From assembly GCA_963847185.1 (NCBI GenBank), contig CAWJYV010000008.1, forward strand, positions 800,001-864,000: a stretch of DNA of 64,000 nucleotides, given 5' to 3'. The position numbers were made by a program, and so were the translations under genes. Shown here one piece after another: positions 62,194 to 64,000 of the stretch (position 1 is its first letter; each line of letters opens with the position of its first letter). The stretch is from an uncultured Methanosarcinaceae archaeon (lineage in GTDB: Archaea; Halobacteriota; Methanosarcinia; Methanosarcinales; Methanosarcinaceae). A model generated the notes under the pieces. The model saw nothing but the letters and a program-made list of their open reading frames with translations. It did no database searches and was not told the DNA's origin.

Positions 62194-64000
62194 ATATAGC
62201 TCTTGAGCACCCGGAAATGCTTCTCCTCATAATTCCCGTTATAATTGCCGGGTTCTATTTCCTGAGGAAATCAAAAACAAAGCTTGTGGAATGGAGGATT
62301 CTTGTTGCTTTTCTCCTTATACTTGCTCTGGCTGCTCCCTATACGACGGTTACGCAAACTATTAGCGAAGAAGACCCTTCACTTGTGCTGATCCAGGATA
62401 AAACCGCAAGCATGGGGCTTTTTCCTAATGAGACTGGTACCGACCTGTACGAGGGTCTTACAGCAAATACCCCAACCAGTATGGTTCAATTAACCGGAGA
62501 TAAAACGTCTCTTGGAGACGCTGTTACTCAGTACTCAGGTAGCGGCAGTCAGATAGTTCTTGTTAGTGACGGGAACAATAATGCAGGAAAGAGCCTGGTA
62601 GATGCCCTGGAGTTTGCAAGAGAAACCGACACTCCCGTCTATCTCGTCCAGCCTGAGCTTAAAACAAATGATTTTAGTGTCGAAATTCTTGGGGACAAGA
62701 CTGTTGTAGTGGACAACCAGAACGAGTTTGAAATAGTTGTCCGCCAGGCTTCCGAGCAGAATGTAAGCTATTTCCTTGAGGTGTATGTGGATGGACAGCT
62801 TTCCCAGAGCAGGGATTTTGTTCTGGATGGTAGGAATAGTAGTGAAACTCCCATCCCTATTAATCAGGCTTTCAACACCCTTGGAGCTCACACTATCAGC
62901 GTAAAAATCACTCCCTCCGGAGAAGATCTTAATAGTATTAACAATGAGTTCAGCAAATCCGTTTATGTAATCCCCAAACCGAAGATTACTCTTGTAACCG
63001 ATAAGTCCAATTCTCCTCTTGCTCAGATCCTTTCCAGCCTTTATGAAGTTTCGACTGTTGCTGCTTATCCTGGGGCATCTGCTCTCAATGACACTAAAGT
63101 TCTGGTTCTTGACAACCAGTTCATTCAGACCCTTTCCGAACCTCAGATAAAGGAAATCAAAAAATACGTCATTGAAGGGGGAGGGTTGATAGTTGTAGGA
63201 GGAGAAAGGGCTTATGATTACGGTAATTATCTTAATTCTTCGCTCGAAGAAATCCTGCCTGTACTTTCAAAACCTTCCGAGTATAAGGGTGGGAGAAACA
63301 TTGTCCTGGTTCTTGACATCTCTCCAAGTGCACGGGATCATGGAGCTCAGGGGGATATCCTCGGAAATGCTATCCATATTCTCGAGAATGAAAATCTCAG
63401 AGATGCAAATGCTGCGTCTATAGCTTTCGGAAGCAAGGATTATGATGTCTTCGGAGGATTTTTGTTTTTGGGCCTTCCTCAGAACAGGGCAATTATGGAA
63501 GACAAAATCTCACGGCTGACCACCGATGAGCAGAGCAAAACTTCACTTGACAAGGGACTTACAGGCGCAAAAGAAATGCTTGCAGACAAGGATGGCGAAC
63601 GTGATGTCATTATAATTTCCGACGGAGGGATCAAGGACTCCTACGAACCAGGCCTTCAGGCTGCAAAAGAGCTGCAGAAACTCGGTGTAAACCTTTACTT
63701 TATCCATATACATTCGGCGGCTCCTTCGCAAACTGATAATGCCAGAAATTATTATGCAGAAATGTTAATGAAAGAACTGGGGCTTGAAAGTAACTATAAG
63801 CGAATTAATGTGACAGAAGATGGCCAGGAACCCCAAAGGGTAGTTTTTGATTTCGGGCCAGTTAATGAGTCTGCGGAAGAACAAGAAAAGAATGTCACTC
63901 TTGAGTCCTATGCTCTCTACGCTTACTCTCCTGATCACTTCATTACGAAAAATGTGAACCTTACTGCCAATATCACAGGATATAATGATGTGACCCCAAA
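62190..64000 (+). CDS. VWA domain membrane protein, truncated by the window end
   Basis: ATG overlaps the previous stop; MNIALEHPEMLLLIIP..., DKTASM, VSDG, second VWA DISPS...ISDG; no stop seen before 64000. Confidence 0.85.
   Translation, partial: MNIALEHPEMLLLIIPVIIAGFYFLRKSKTKLVEWRILVAFLLILALAAPYTTVTQTISEEDPSLVLIQDKTASMGLFPNETGTDLYEGLTANTPTSMVQLTGDKTSLGDAVTQYSGSGSQIVLVSDGNNNAGKSLVDALEFARETDTPVYLVQPELKTNDFSVEILGDKTVVVDNQNEFEIVVRQASEQNVSYFLEVYVDGQLSQSRDFVLDGRNSSETPIPINQAFNTLGAHTISVKITPSGEDLNSINNEFSKSVYVIPKPKITLVTDKSNSPLAQILSSLYEVSTVAAYPGASALNDTKVLVLDNQFIQTLSEPQIKEIKKYVIEGGGLIVVGGERAYDYGNYLNSSLEEILPVLSKPSEYKGGRNIVLVLDISPSARDHGAQGDILGNAIHILENENLRDANAASIAFGSKDYDVFGGFLFLGLPQNRAIMEDKISRLTTDEQSKTSLDKGLTGAKEMLADKDGERDVIIISDGGIKDSYEPGLQAAKELQKLGVNLYFIHIHSAAPSQTDNARNYYAEMLMKELGLESNYKRINVTEDGQEPQRVVFDFGPVNESAEEQEKNVTLESYALYAYSPDHFITKNVNLTANITGYNDVTP

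Overview
This is an archaeal chromosomal window from a Methanosarcina-type methanogen (mer, fpoF, HacB/AksF, PGF-pre-PGF protein, tandem aglB). In order it holds: the 3' end of a tRNA; nfnAB (sudBA); two unannotated small ORFs; arsR with a palindromic operator and a disrupted arsM; a large N-glycosylation locus (manC, rfbCBDA, flippase, GT2/GT4 genes, three tandem aglB); hacB-hypothetical-mntP-aksF; a lipoprotein acetolactate decarboxylase; the oxidative-stress operon (desulforedoxin, 2x DUF2180-like, mdrA, SOR, isf, afpA, ferritin-like, fprA); mer-fpoF-nadM; a secreted Cys-rich Ig-like protein; AK6, GTs, wrbA, GH15, GNAT, M20 hydrolase, a nucleotidyltransferase, surface proteins, pheA; and a MoxR-DUF58-VWA operon cut by the window end. 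Most genes are conventional. The least explained signals are non-coding: two arrays of one GC-rich hairpin repeat family sharing an upstream 13-mer and a GC-GNA-GC mini-hairpin, an IS1634-like MITE with a 6-bp target duplication, and a hairpin plus five 19-bp repeats upstream of the Ig-like gene. Six genes carry frameshifts, including aksF (needed for coenzyme B), so some are probably assembly errors. I saw no CRISPR array, intact transposase or clearly new multi-gene system. All calls are from motif recognition by eye; no searches were run.
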